Positions 10,481-20,105 of a DNA stretch of 64,000 nucleotides are shown one piece after another. The stretch's first letter is position 1. The number at the start of each line of letters is the position of its first letter. The position numbers and the translations under genes were made by a program. Source of the DNA: an uncultured Chloroflexia bacterium (GTDB lineage Bacteria > Chloroflexota > Dehalococcoidia > UBA2979); the NCBI GenBank assembly GCA_963728205.1, contig CAVSIV010000001.1:160001-224000 (forward strand), given 5' to 3'. The notes beneath the pieces are model-generated. The model saw only the letters and a list, made by a program, of their open reading frames with translations. It made no database searches and was not told the DNA's origin.

Positions 10481-10539
10481 TTAACCGGGGTTTTACGCCA
10501 CGGCCGCACCGCCGGCCGCTCGCTTAATCGTCGCTTTAC
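10481..10539 (+). promoter_or_regulatory. Pho-box-like direct repeats upstream of pstS
   Basis: TTAAC (10481)/TTTAC (10492) and TTAAT (10524)/TTTAC (10535), 11-bp spacing. Confidence 0.7.
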
Positions 10540-10607
10540 GTGGCGACCCGACGCTGGGGCCACAGATGCAGGAGACATGCCTCCCCGACGGAACTGTGAA
10601 AGGTACG

Positions 10608-11811
10608 TTGCACTTGTCCGTTCACCCCAAGCGCTCGCTGTTCTTGATCGCAGGCCTGCTCGCGGCCGCACTCATGCTGGGCGCATGCAGCAGCGGCTCC
10701 AGCACGCCGACTCCCGCCGCCACGACGGCGCCGGTGGCCACCTCGGCGGCGACCTCCGCCGGCACCTCCTCGGGGGGCGCCGTCTCGCCGCCCGCCGACA
10801 TCGGCAAGGGCGACAAGGCGCAGGTCACCGGTGCCGGCTCCTCGGCCCTGACCCCCTTCATCACCTACGCCGCGCAGAAGTACCAGCAGGGCGTCGCGCC
10901 GGGCGTCACCCTGAACTACCAGTCGATCGGCTCGGGCGGCGGCATCACGCAGTTCACCGCCAAGACCGTGGACTTCGGCGCGTCCGACGTTTACCTGAGC
11001 GACGACCAGGAAGCGAAGACCGTGGCGCGCCGTCCTCAACATCCCGATCATCCACTGGGCCGTCGCGATCACGTACAACCTGCCGGACGTCAACCAGGCG
11101 CTGAACTTCAGCCCGGACACGATCGCCGGCATCTACCTGGGCACGCATCAAGAAGTGGAACGACCCGGCGATCGCCGCGGACAACCCGGGCGTCGACCCT
11201 GCCCGACCTCGAATCACCGTCGTCCACCGCAGCGACGGCTCGGGCACGACCTACAACTTCACCGCGTTCCTGTCCGGGCGTCAGCGACGACTGGAAGACA
11301 AGGTCGGCGCCGGGACTTCCGTCGACTGGCCGACGGGCGTCGGCGGCAAGGGCAGCGAGGGCGTGACGGCGCAGGTCAAGCAGACGCCCGGCGCCATCGG
11401 CTACGTCGAGCTCTCGTACGCGCTGCAGAACAACCTGCCCGTGGCAGCCGTCAAGAACGCCGCCGGCAAGTTCATCAAGCCGACGCTCGACTCGACGACC
11501 GCCGCGGTCGTCGGCGCAGGTGCCCAACGCGCCGGCCGACCTGCGCTTCCTCATCGTCAACCCGCCGGCCGCCGCGGCCGACGCGTACCCGATCGGCGCC
11601 AGCACCTGGGTGCTGCTCTACAAGGACTACCCGGCCGACAAGCAGGCCGAGGTCAAGGCGATGGTCGACTTCCTCTGGTGGACCATCCACGACGGCCAGA
11701 AGCTCGCTGCTCGAGCGCGACTACTCGGCCATGGCGCCGAACCTCGTGACAAAGGCCGAGGGAGTGCTCAAGGCGATCACGGTCGGCGGGAAGCCCGTGC
11801 TCGCGCAGTAG
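10608..11811 (+). CDS. pstS: Phosphate ABC transporter substrate-binding lipoprotein; at least five frameshifts (assembly error or decay)
   Basis: Lipobox LGAC, GAGSS, YQSIGSGGGI, DFGASD, HRSDGSGTT, GAIGYVE, AYPI motifs spread over several frames. Confidence 0.85.
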
Positions 11812-11921
11812 CTGGCGCGGTCGAGTCACCCCCGGTATCGTAAGGTGCGAGCGCGGGCCATCCCGCGCTCGCATCTCGATCTCGGAGCCAGGCAGGGCGG
11901 CGCCCCGGTGGAGGATGTGCG

Positions 11922-12909
11922 TTGGCGACCATAGAGGGCACCCGGGTCCGTGTCCGCGAGGCGCTCGAGAGGTCGCCGGCTCGCGGTTCGGCGAACCGGT
12001 CTTCCGCACGGTCCTGTTCGCGGCGACGGTGCTGATCCTCGGCGACGCTCATCGGCCTCCTGTTCATCACTGATCGCCGACGCTCGCAGCGCGATGGCGC
12101 ACAACGGCTGGCGCTTCCTGTGGACCGCACGTGGGACCCCGTCCACGAGGTCTTCGGCGCGCTGCCCTCCTCTACGGCACGCGTCCTCACCGCCGTGACC
12201 GCGACTGTGCTCGCCACGCTGCTCGGCGTGGGCGTTGCGCTCTTTCTCGTGGAGATGGCGTCGCCGCTGGTCGCGCGGCCGGTCAGCTTCATGGTCGAGA
12301 TGCTGGCGGCGATCCCCAGCGTCGTGTACGGCCTGTGGGGCATCTTCGTCCTCGCGCCATGGCTGCGGACCTGGGTCGAGAAGCCGCTGCACGAGCCACC
12401 TCGGGTTCCTGCCGTTCTTCCCGGGCTACCCGATCGGCATCGGCTACCTGGCCGCCATCGTCGTGCTCACGGTGATGATCCTGCCCACCGTCGCGGCGGT
12501 GTCGCGCGACGTGATCGCGGCGGTGCCGCAGGCGCGAACGCGAGGCCGCGCTGGCGCTCGGCGCGACGCACTGGGAGACGATGCGGATGGCGGTGATCCC
12601 CTACGCGCGCGGCGGCATCGTGGGGGCGAGCATCCTCGGCCTCGCGCGCGGCGTCGGCGAAACGCTGGCGGTCGCGATGGTGATCGGCGGCGCGCCGAAC
12701 ATCACGCTCTCGCTCTTCAAGCCCGGGCTACACGATGGTCGGCGGTGATCGCGAACGAGTTCGCGGAAGCGACGACCGCGCTCTATCGCAACACGCTGAT
12801 CGAGGTCGGCCTGATCCTGTTCCTCATCACGCTCGCCATCAACATCGGCGCGCGCCTGCTCGTGTGGCGCGTGACGCACGGTCAGCGCTCCGGGGGGGTG
12901 GTCGCGTGA
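11922..12909 (+). CDS. pstC: Phosphate ABC transporter permease; several frameshifts
   Basis: EMLAAIPSVVYGLWG, MILPT, EAALALGAT, GETLAV, IANEFAEA segments in alternating frames; start approximate. Confidence 0.85.
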
Positions 12910-13775
12910 GCGCCTCCGGCTCGGCGCTGGGGCTCGAACGCCAGCTGCGCCGTCGTCGCATGGTCGACCGCGTGATGCGCGGGTTGATCTGGCTCGCGGC
13001 CGTGCTCGCGGTGCTCCCGCTCGTGCTGATCGTCGCGTACGTGGTGGTGAAGGGGATCCCGGCGGTGAACCTCGCACTGTTCACGCGCGACCCCAGCCCG
13101 CTGGGCGACTCCAGCGGAGGCATCCGGCCCGCGCTCGTCGGCAGCGTCTACATGGTCGGCCTGGGCACGCTGATCGGCGTGCCGATCGCGGTCGCCGCAG
13201 CCATCTACGTGCGCGAGTACGCCGGCGTCCGCTCGGCGATGTTCGTCCGCTTCCTGATCGACGTGCTCGCCGGCATCCCGACGATCATCGTCGGGCTCTT
13301 CATTTACGGCCTGATCGTGGTGCCGATGGGCGGGTTCAGCGCGCTCGCCGGGGCGGTCTCGCTCGCGATCATCCTCATGCCGATCACCGCGCGCGTGACC
13401 GATGAGATGCTCGGCGTCGTCCCGAACTCGATGCGCGAGGCCGCGTACGCGCTCGGCGTGCCGCGCTGGAAGACCATCGTGCGCATCGTGCTGCCGTCGG
13501 CGGCGAGCGGTATCGCGACGGGCATCGTCCTCAGCGTGGCGCGCATCGCCGGCGAGGCCGCGCCGCTGATCTTCACGGCGCTCGGCAACCAGATCACGAG
13601 TACCTCGCTGACGAAGCCGATCGACGCGCTCCCGCTGCGCATCTGGGTGTACGCCAGCGGGCCGTACCCGTCCTGGCACGACCAGGCGTGGGCGGCGTCG
13701 CTGGTGCTGGTCGGGCTCGTGCTCGTGTTCTCGCTGCTCGTACGGCTGGTGATCCAGCGCTCGCGCCGCGCGTAG
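12906..13775 (+). CDS. pstA: Phosphate ABC transporter permease
   Basis: [28 protein letters not shown]; GTGA overlap with pstC. Confidence 0.93.
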   Translation: MSASGSALGLERQLRRRRMVDRVMRGLIWLAAVLAVLPLVLIVAYVVVKGIPAVNLALFTRDPSPLGDSSGGIRPALVGSVYMVGLGTLIGVPIAVAAAIYVREYAGVRSAMFVRFLIDVLAGIPTIIVGLFIYGLIVVPMGGFSALAGAVSLAIILMPITARVTDEMLGVVPNSMREAAYALGVPRWKTIVRIVLPSAASGIATGIVLSVARIAGEAAPLIFTALGNQITSTSLTKPIDALPLRIWVYASGPYPSWHDQAWAASLVLVGLVLVFSLLVRLVIQRSRRA

Positions 13776-13815
13776 CGGCGCGGTGGACGCGGACAGGAAA
13801 CGGGGGACCGCAGCC

Positions 13816-14676
13816 ATGGCCGAGGCGCCGTCGAGCCACGCGTTCACGAGCGGCAGCTGGAACGACCTGTTCGAGCGCCAGCAGCCGCGCCGCGTGCACG
13901 AGCAGGGCCCCGCGATCCGGGTCGAGGGGCTCTCCGCCTACTACGGCGCCCGGCGGGCGATCGGCGATCTCACCCTGGACATCGCCGCCAACACGGTCAC
14001 GGCGATCATCGGTCCGTCCGGCTGCGGCAAATCCACGTTCGTGCGCTGCCTCAACCGCATGCACGAGGCCGTCCCCGGCGCGCGCGCCGAGGGCCGGGTC
14101 CTGATCGACGGGCAGGACATCTATGCGCCCGGCGTCGCCGTCAGCAAGATCCGCATGCGCGTCGGCATGGTGTTCCAGCGCCCGAACCCGTTTCCGACGA
14201 TGTCGATCATGGACAACGCGGTGTCCGGGCTGAAGCTCGCCGGCGTGCGCGACCGCTCGCTGCTGCACACCGTCGGCGAGTCGGCGCTGCGTCGCGCCGC
14301 GCTGTGGGACGAGGTGCGAGACAAGCTCGACTCCCCCGCCGGCACCCTCTCCGGCGGCCAGCAGCAGCGGCTGTGCATCGCGCGCACGATCGCGGTGGAG
14401 CCGGAGGTCGTGCTCTTCGACGAGCCCGCGTCGGCGCTCGACCCGATCTCGACGCTGAAGATCGAGGAGCTGATGCAGGAGCTGGCCGCGAGCTTCACGA
14501 TCGTCGTGGTCACGCACAACATGCAGCAGGCCGCGCGCGTCTCCGACCAGACCGCGTTCATGCTCGCGGACGACGAGCGCGTCGGCCGTCTCGTCGAGTA
14601 CGGCCCCACGCAGCAGATGTTCACCGCCCCCACCGACCGCCGGACCGAGGACTACATCACCGGCCGCTTCGGCTAG
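13816..14676 (+). CDS. pstB: Phosphate ABC transporter ATPase
   Basis: [42 protein letters not shown]. Confidence 0.95.
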   Translation: MAEAPSSHAFTSGSWNDLFERQQPRRVHEQGPAIRVEGLSAYYGARRAIGDLTLDIAANTVTAIIGPSGCGKSTFVRCLNRMHEAVPGARAEGRVLIDGQDIYAPGVAVSKIRMRVGMVFQRPNPFPTMSIMDNAVSGLKLAGVRDRSLLHTVGESALRRAALWDEVRDKLDSPAGTLSGGQQQRLCIARTIAVEPEVVLFDEPASALDPISTLKIEELMQELAASFTIVVVTHNMQQAARVSDQTAFMLADDERVGRLVEYGPTQQMFTAPTDRRTEDYITGRFG

Positions 14677-14687
14677 TTCGGCGCGAC

Positions 14688-14796
14688 GCAAGCGGCGGCA
14701 GATATGCCGCCGATGCGGAGGGCGGCGCATGCCGCCTGGGAGCGATCGCGGCCTTACGGCCGCGTTGATATCGGCGGCGTATCTGCCGCCGCTTGC
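14688..14796. repeat. Family A inverted pair
   Basis: GCAAGCGGCGGCAGATATGCCGCCGAT (14688-14714) and ATCGGCGGCGTATCTGCCGCCGCTTGC (14770-14796). Confidence 0.85.
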
Positions 14797-14857
14797 GCCC
14801 TGCCGCGCGGCCGGGGAATGCGCATCCGTCATCCCCTCCCGGGTCGCCGTACCGGTT

Positions 14858-14873
14858 TTAACCGCGCGTTTAC
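14858..14873 (+). promoter_or_regulatory. Pho-box-like repeat upstream of second pstB
   Basis: TTAAC-CGCGCG-TTTAC, 11-bp spacing, same pattern as upstream of pstS. Confidence 0.7.
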
Positions 14874-15029
14874 ACGGCCCGCGGGGGGCCCCGGGATAGT
14901 GGGGAGGTGGCGGCTCCGCTCGGCGGATCCGTCGCGGCCGGGGCGTCCTCTCCCCATGCAGCGCCGCCGTCCGCCGGCCCGGCCACGCTTGCCGCGGCCC
15001 CGACCAGCGTCCGATTGAGGGGATTGCAG

Positions 15030-15938
15030 ATGAACGACCGACGCGGCCAGGCACCGGTCGCCGAGCGCCCCGCTCCGCAGGACGCGCCCGCCGCCGGGGG
15101 AGCGCGGAACGTCGCAGCCGGTCCCGCCGTCCACCCCGCGCGGCCCGACGCGAAGCACAGCGGCCGCCGCGTCACGCTGCACGTCGAGCATCTCTCCGCC
15201 TGGTACGGATCGAAGCTCGCCGTGTCCGACGTCTCCATCGACTTCTACGCAAACTCGATCACCGCGCTGATCGGCCCGTCCGGCTGCGGCAAGTCGACGT
15301 TCATCCGCTGCCTCAACCGCATGCACGAAGTGAACCCCGGGGCGCGCGCCGAGGGGCGCGTCCTGCTCGAAGGCGACGACATCTACGCCTCCGGCTCCGA
15401 TCCCACCCGCGTGCGCCAGCGCATCGGCATGGTCTTCCAGAAGCCGAACCCGTTCCCGGCGATGTCGATCGCCGACAACGTCGCCGCCGGCCTACGCTTC
15501 AAGAACATCACCGCGAAGTCCGAGGTCGAGGACCGCGTCGAGGAGGCGCTGAAGGGCGCCGCGCTCTGGGACGAGGTCAAGAACGACCTGAAGAAGCCCG
15601 GCATCGCGCTCTCCGGCGGCCAGCAGCAGCGCCTCTGCATCGCCCGGACGATCGCCGTGGAGCCCGAGGTCGTGCTGATGGACGAGCCGTGCTCGGCGCT
15701 CGACCCGCTCGCCACCCTCAAGATCGAGGACCTGATGGCGCAGCTCGCCGAGCGGTTCACGATCGTGATCGTCACCCACAACCTGCAGCAGGCCGCGCGC
15801 GTCGCCGAGTTCACCGGCTTCTTCCTCACCGAGGACGACGGCGCCGGCCACCTCATCGAGCACGCCCCCACGGGCGACCTCTTCACGAGCCCGCGCGACC
15901 GCCGCACCGAGGACTTCGTCACCGGCCGGTTCGGGTAA
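15030..15938 (+). CDS. pstB: Phosphate ABC transporter ATPase, second paralog
   Basis: [38 protein letters not shown]; GAGGGG RBS. Confidence 0.95.
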   Translation: MNDRRGQAPVAERPAPQDAPAAGGARNVAAGPAVHPARPDAKHSGRRVTLHVEHLSAWYGSKLAVSDVSIDFYANSITALIGPSGCGKSTFIRCLNRMHEVNPGARAEGRVLLEGDDIYASGSDPTRVRQRIGMVFQKPNPFPAMSIADNVAAGLRFKNITAKSEVEDRVEEALKGAALWDEVKNDLKKPGIALSGGQQQRLCIARTIAVEPEVVLMDEPCSALDPLATLKIEDLMAQLAERFTIVIVTHNLQQAARVAEFTGFFLTEDDGAGHLIEHAPTGDLFTSPRDRRTEDFVTGRFG

Positions 15939-15940
15939 CT

Positions 15941-16177
15941 CCTCGGCGCGCGGCAGGCTTCAGGCCTGCCGTGTCTCGTGAGTGACTCCGCAGACCCGAG
16001 GCGGCCACCTCTCGCGGTGGGGCGGGGCGCAAGGCATGAATGCCACCCAAAGCGGCGGCAGATATGCCGCCGACAGGACGCGGACGCAGTCCGCGGCTGG
16101 CGCCGCGCTTCTGTCGGCGGCATATCTGCCGCCGCTTTGACTTCCCGACGAGACCTGAAGCCTGCCGCGCGCCGAGG
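15941..16177. repeat. Family B 24-bp perfect inverted arms enclosing a family A full unit (16048-16139)
   Basis: CCTCGGCGCGCGGCAGGCTTCAGG at 15941-15964 and exact reverse complement at 16154-16177. Confidence 0.9.
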
Positions 16178-16256
16178 GGCGGACAATCGCCCCTTAACAT
16201 GGGTCCGAGACCATACCGTCATGCGGCGGGAACCGAACCAGCTGAGGGGACCATCC

Positions 16257-17864
16257 ATGGTCCGGCTGTCCGCGCCGTCCACACGCGCCCATCGCCACCA
16301 CTCGGTCCCGGATCGCGCCACGCGCCCCGACCGCGGGCCGGCGTCGCCGGGAGATGCCCTGTTGCCAGCCCCGCCCCGCGTCGCGGTGATCGACCTCGGC
16401 TCCAACTCGGGCCGCGTGATCGTCGTCGAGCCGCACCCGCTGGGCTACCTCCACATCGTCGACGAGGCGCGCTCGCCGCTGGAGCTGACCCGCGCCATCG
16501 ACGCGCAGTCGCGCCTCGCGCCGGAGGCGGCCGAGCGCGTGCTCGCCGCGATGGCCGAGTTCGTCGCCATCGCGCGCGGCGCCGGCTGCGCCGACATCCA
16601 TGTCGTCGGCACCGCGGCGCTGCGCCGCGCGACCAACGCCGGCGCGCTGATGGACGAGATCCGGCGCCGCTACGACGTCGCGGTCGAGATCGTCGACGGC
16701 GCGACCGAGGCGCGCTACGCGTTCGTCGGCGCCGCGTACTCGCTGCCCGTGGAGAGCGGCCTGCTGATCGACATCGGCGGCGGCAGCCTGGAGCTCGTGC
16801 GCTTCGATCACCGCGAGCTCACCGGCACATGGTCGTTCCCCTTCGGCGCGCTGCGCCTGACCGACGACCTCCTGGCCGGCGACCCGCCGTCGCAGGAGGC
16901 GCTCGCCGCGCTCGCCGTCACCGTGAGCGCCGGGCTCGCGGAGGCCGGAGTGGCGCCGCTGGTGCCGGGCGAGGAGCTCGTCGGCACGGGCGGCACCATC
17001 CGCAACCTCGCCAAGATCGACACGCGCCGCCGCGACTACCCCATCGGCCGCCTGCACGGCTACGTGCTGCGCGGGAGCCGGCTGCGCAAGATCTCGTCGT
17101 CGCTCGCGGCCATGACGCGTGAGAAGCGCGAGGGCGTGCCCGGCCTGAACAGCGCGCGCGCCGAGTCGATCGTCGCCGGCGCGGCGGCGCTCGCCGCCAC
17201 GATGCGCCATGCCGGCGCGCACGAGGTCGTCGTCTCCGGCCAGGGACTGCGCGAGGGGGTCGCGCGGCGCGCGACGGCCGACGGCCTGCCGCCGCCGGCG
17301 CTCGTGCGGCGCGCGTCGCTGCAGGCGCTCACCGAGCGCCTGAGCGGCTGGGACGAGGCGCGCGCCGAGCGCCGCGCCGCGCTCGCGCTCGACCTCGCCG
17401 CCGCGCTCGCGCCCGAGCTCGACGCCACGTTGCGCGAGCTGCTCGGACACGCCGCCGCGCTGCTCGACGTCGGCGCCGCCATCGACTTCTACAACCGCCA
17501 CCGCGAGACCGCCGCAATCGTGCTGCGCACGGACCTGGCGGGGTTCTCGCACCGCCACCTCGCCACGCTCGCCGCCATCATCCAGCTCGCCGAGCGCCCG
17601 GGCTTCGCGCTCGCCGGGCTGCGCCCACTGCTGGCGCCGTCCGACGCGCCGCCGCTCACGCGCGCCGCCACCGTGCTCGCCCTCGCCGACGAGATCGTGC
17701 GCCGCTGCCCGCCCACCGAGGCCCTGGACGCCACCTGGCGGCTCGACGGAAAGGTGCTGCGCGTGAACCTCCCCTGGCACCCGGAGTGGGCGCCGGCCGC
17801 GCTCTCGCGCCGCGTGGACGACGCGCTCGGCCTCCGGCTCCTGGTCGAGGCCGATGATGCGTAA
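16257..17864 (+). CDS. ppx: Exopolyphosphatase / pppGpp phosphohydrolase (Ppx/GppA)
   Basis: VIDLGSNSGR, GTAALR, EARY, IDIGGGSLE, GLREG and C-terminal HD-like region; start uncertain. Confidence 0.9.
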   Translation: MVRLSAPSTRAHRHHSVPDRATRPDRGPASPGDALLPAPPRVAVIDLGSNSGRVIVVEPHPLGYLHIVDEARSPLELTRAIDAQSRLAPEAAERVLAAMAEFVAIARGAGCADIHVVGTAALRRATNAGALMDEIRRRYDVAVEIVDGATEARYAFVGAAYSLPVESGLLIDIGGGSLELVRFDHRELTGTWSFPFGALRLTDDLLAGDPPSQEALAALAVTVSAGLAEAGVAPLVPGEELVGTGGTIRNLAKIDTRRRDYPIGRLHGYVLRGSRLRKISSSLAAMTREKREGVPGLNSARAESIVAGAAALAATMRHAGAHEVVVSGQGLREGVARRATADGLPPPALVRRASLQALTERLSGWDEARAERRAALALDLAAALAPELDATLRELLGHAAALLDVGAAIDFYNRHRETAAIVLRTDLAGFSHRHLATLAAIIQLAERPGFALAGLRPLLAPSDAPPLTRAATVLALADEIVRRCPPTEALDATWRLDGKVLRVNLPWHPEWAPAALSRRVDDALGLRLLVEADDA

Positions 17865-18624
17865 CCCCTTCAGCCCCGACGGCCGCGAGCTCCCCGGCCG
17901 CCTGATCGTCGTCGAGGGCATCGACGGCTCGGGCAAGAGCACGCAGCTCGACCTGCTGCACAAGTGGCTGCTCAGCCAGGGCTACCTGGTTGTGTTCACC
18001 GAGTGGAACTCGTCGCCGATCGTGAAGTCGACCACGCGCCGCGGGAAGCGCCGCAAGCTCCTCACGCCGATGTCGTTCAGCCTGATCCACGCCGCGGACT
18101 TTTCGAGCCGCGTCTACGCGCAGGTGCTGCCCGCGCTCGAGGCCGGCGCGATCGTGCTCGCCGACCGCTACGTCTACACGGCGTTCGCGCGCGACGCCGC
18201 GCGCGGCGTGAACCGCCGCTGGCTGCGCGACGCCTACTCGTTCGCCGTCCCGCCGACCGCGGCCTTCTACTTCTCGGTGCCGCTCGACGAGGCCGTGAAC
18301 CGGATCCTCGCCGGCCGGGCACAGCTCAAGTACTACGAGGCCGGCATGGACCTCGGCCTCAGCGAGGACATCGTCGAGTCGTTCCGCATCTTCCAGGGCC
18401 GCATCCTCGACGAGTACGCGCAGCTCACGGAGGAGTTCGGCCTGATCACGGTCGACGCCACGCAGACCGTCGTGTCCCAGCAGCGACTGGTGCGCGAGAC
18501 GGTCGCGCCGCTGCTCGAGGGGGTGTCGCGCCGCGAAGGCGGCAGCTTCATCGAGGCGCTGCAGCGCGCGCAGCTGCAGGGCCGCTACCTGCCGAACCCG
18601 GAGCGCATGGAGGTGGCGGAGTGA
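17854..18624 (+). CDS. Thymidylate-kinase-like protein, intact P-loop (candidate PPK3-type catalytic subunit)
   Basis: VEGIDGSGKST, ADRY; TEWNSS and YYEAGMD segments atypical of canonical Tmk. Confidence 0.8.
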   Translation: MMRNPFSPDGRELPGRLIVVEGIDGSGKSTQLDLLHKWLLSQGYLVVFTEWNSSPIVKSTTRRGKRRKLLTPMSFSLIHAADFSSRVYAQVLPALEAGAIVLADRYVYTAFARDAARGVNRRWLRDAYSFAVPPTAAFYFSVPLDEAVNRILAGRAQLKYYEAGMDLGLSEDIVESFRIFQGRILDEYAQLTEEFGLITVDATQTVVSQQRLVRETVAPLLEGVSRREGGSFIEALQRAQLQGRYLPNPERMEVAE

Positions 18625-19343
18625 CGGACCTGCGCTTCTACGGCGAGCGCCCGCCGGGCATCGAGGGCGACCACGTCCCCGGCCGGCTGATCGTGCTCGA
18701 GGGCACCGACGGCGTCGGGCGCTCCACGCAGGTCTCGCTGCTCAAGGAGTGGCTCGAGGACCGCGGCTACGCCGTCGTCGACACCGGGCTGCGGCGGTCG
18801 ATGCTCGCCGGCCCCGGCATCGACCGTGCGAAGCGCGGCCACACGCTCGACGCCATCACGCTCAACCTGCTCTACGCGACCGACTTCTGGGACCGCCAGG
18901 AGCGGTCGATCTTTCCCGCCCTGCGCGCCGGGATGGTCGCGCTCGTCGACCGCTACGTGTTCTCGCTGATGGCGCGCGCGACCGTGCGCGGCGTGCCGGC
19001 CGACTGGATCGAACGGCTCTACGGCTTCGCGCTGATCCCCGACCGCGTGATCTACCTCGACATCGGCGTGAAGGAGCTCGCCCCGCGCGTGCTCGCCCGC
19101 GGCGGGTTCGACTACTGGGAGTCCGGCCAGGACTTCCTGCGCGGCCCCGGTCTCTACGAGACGTTCGTCGAGTACCAGTCGGTGCTGCTCGACGAGTACC
19201 GGCGCCTCGCCGACAAGCACCACTTCTCGGTGGTCGACGCGCGCGGCAGCGTCGCCGACGTGTTCGACGCGCTGCGCGTCGAGGTTGGCGCCGTGGTCGA
19301 GGACATGGCGCTGGACGTCCCCGAGCCCGCCGCCGCGCCGTAG
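18621..19343 (+). CDS. Thymidylate-kinase-like protein, P-loop Lys replaced by Arg (candidate partner subunit)
   Basis: LEGTDGVGRST, VDRY, DYWESGQD; GTGA overlap with the upstream paralog. Confidence 0.8.
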   Translation: MTDLRFYGERPPGIEGDHVPGRLIVLEGTDGVGRSTQVSLLKEWLEDRGYAVVDTGLRRSMLAGPGIDRAKRGHTLDAITLNLLYATDFWDRQERSIFPALRAGMVALVDRYVFSLMARATVRGVPADWIERLYGFALIPDRVIYLDIGVKELAPRVLARGGFDYWESGQDFLRGPGLYETFVEYQSVLLDEYRRLADKHHFSVVDARGSVADVFDALRVEVGAVVEDMALDVPEPAAAP

Positions 19344-19375
19344 GCGCCGCGAGCGGACCGGCACCGCGAACCCTC

Positions 19376-19551
19376 GCAAGCGGCGGCAGACACGCCGCCG
19401 ATGCCACGCGGGCGCCCGCCCGCGTCCGGGCGCGCGGCAGGCTTCCAGGCCTGCCGTGTGCAGTGCCTCCCCTCTCGCCGCGTGAGGTGGCCACCTCCAC
19501 GCCCGCGGAGCCGGCCACGACCCACGGCGGGCCTGAAGCCCGCCGCGCGCC
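19376..19551. repeat. Single family A unit (19376-19403) plus family B inverted pair (19429-19458, 19523-19551)
   Basis: Motif matches; between convergent genes. Confidence 0.85.
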
Positions 19552-19581
19552 GCTCGTGCCGTTCCTCTTGCGTCCCGAGAG

Positions 19582-20085
19582 CTACCGCGCCATCCGCCGC
19601 AGCGCCGAGGGCTGGAGCAGCCAGACGAGCGTGGCGCCGCCGGCGCACGGGCCGTCCGGGAGGTCGAACGCGGCGACCGCGCCCTTGCGCCACAACGTCT
19701 GGGCCCGCTGCGCGTCGCCGGCGAGCAGGTACGAGGCCAGCTCGTGCAGGTGCGGCTCGTGGCCGACGGCGGCGACGACCGGCGCAGCGGCGTGCGCGGC
19801 CAGCGCCGCGACGTTCTCCTCCGGCCCGGCGCCGGAGCGCAGGCCGTCGACGAGCACGGGCGCCGGCCAGCGCGCGACCTGGTGCAGCAGGTCCGCGGTC
19901 GCGCGCGTGCGCTCGAACGGGCTCGCCAGCAGCACGTCGACCATCGGGACGAGGCGGCGCAGGCCGCGCGCGGCGACGCGGAAGCGGCGCACTCCGCGCT
20001 CGGTGAGCGGCCGCGTGGCGTCGTCCGGCCAGCGCACCGGGTCGCGGTCGAACGCAGTGGCGTGGCGGACGAGGTAGAGCCGCAT
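19582..20085 (-). CDS. sixA: SixA-type phosphohistidine phosphatase
   Basis: LYLVRHA, RPLT, SPFERTRATA, VGHEP motifs. Confidence 0.88.
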   Translation of the reverse strand: MRLYLVRHATAFDRDPVRWPDDATRPLTERGVRRFRVAARGLRRLVPMVDVLLASPFERTRATADLLHQVARWPAPVLVDGLRSGAGPEENVAALAAHAAAPVVAAVGHEPHLHELASYLLAGDAQRAQTLWRKGAVAAFDLPDGPCAGGATLVWLLQPSALRRMAR

Positions 20086-20105
20086 GCCGGCGAGTCCCTT
20101 CGCGG

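Noticed and set aside
17854-19343. Plain tmk annotation
   Set aside because: Tandem paralogs, a degenerate P-loop in the second and the ppx/CHAD context argue against housekeeping dTMP kinase.
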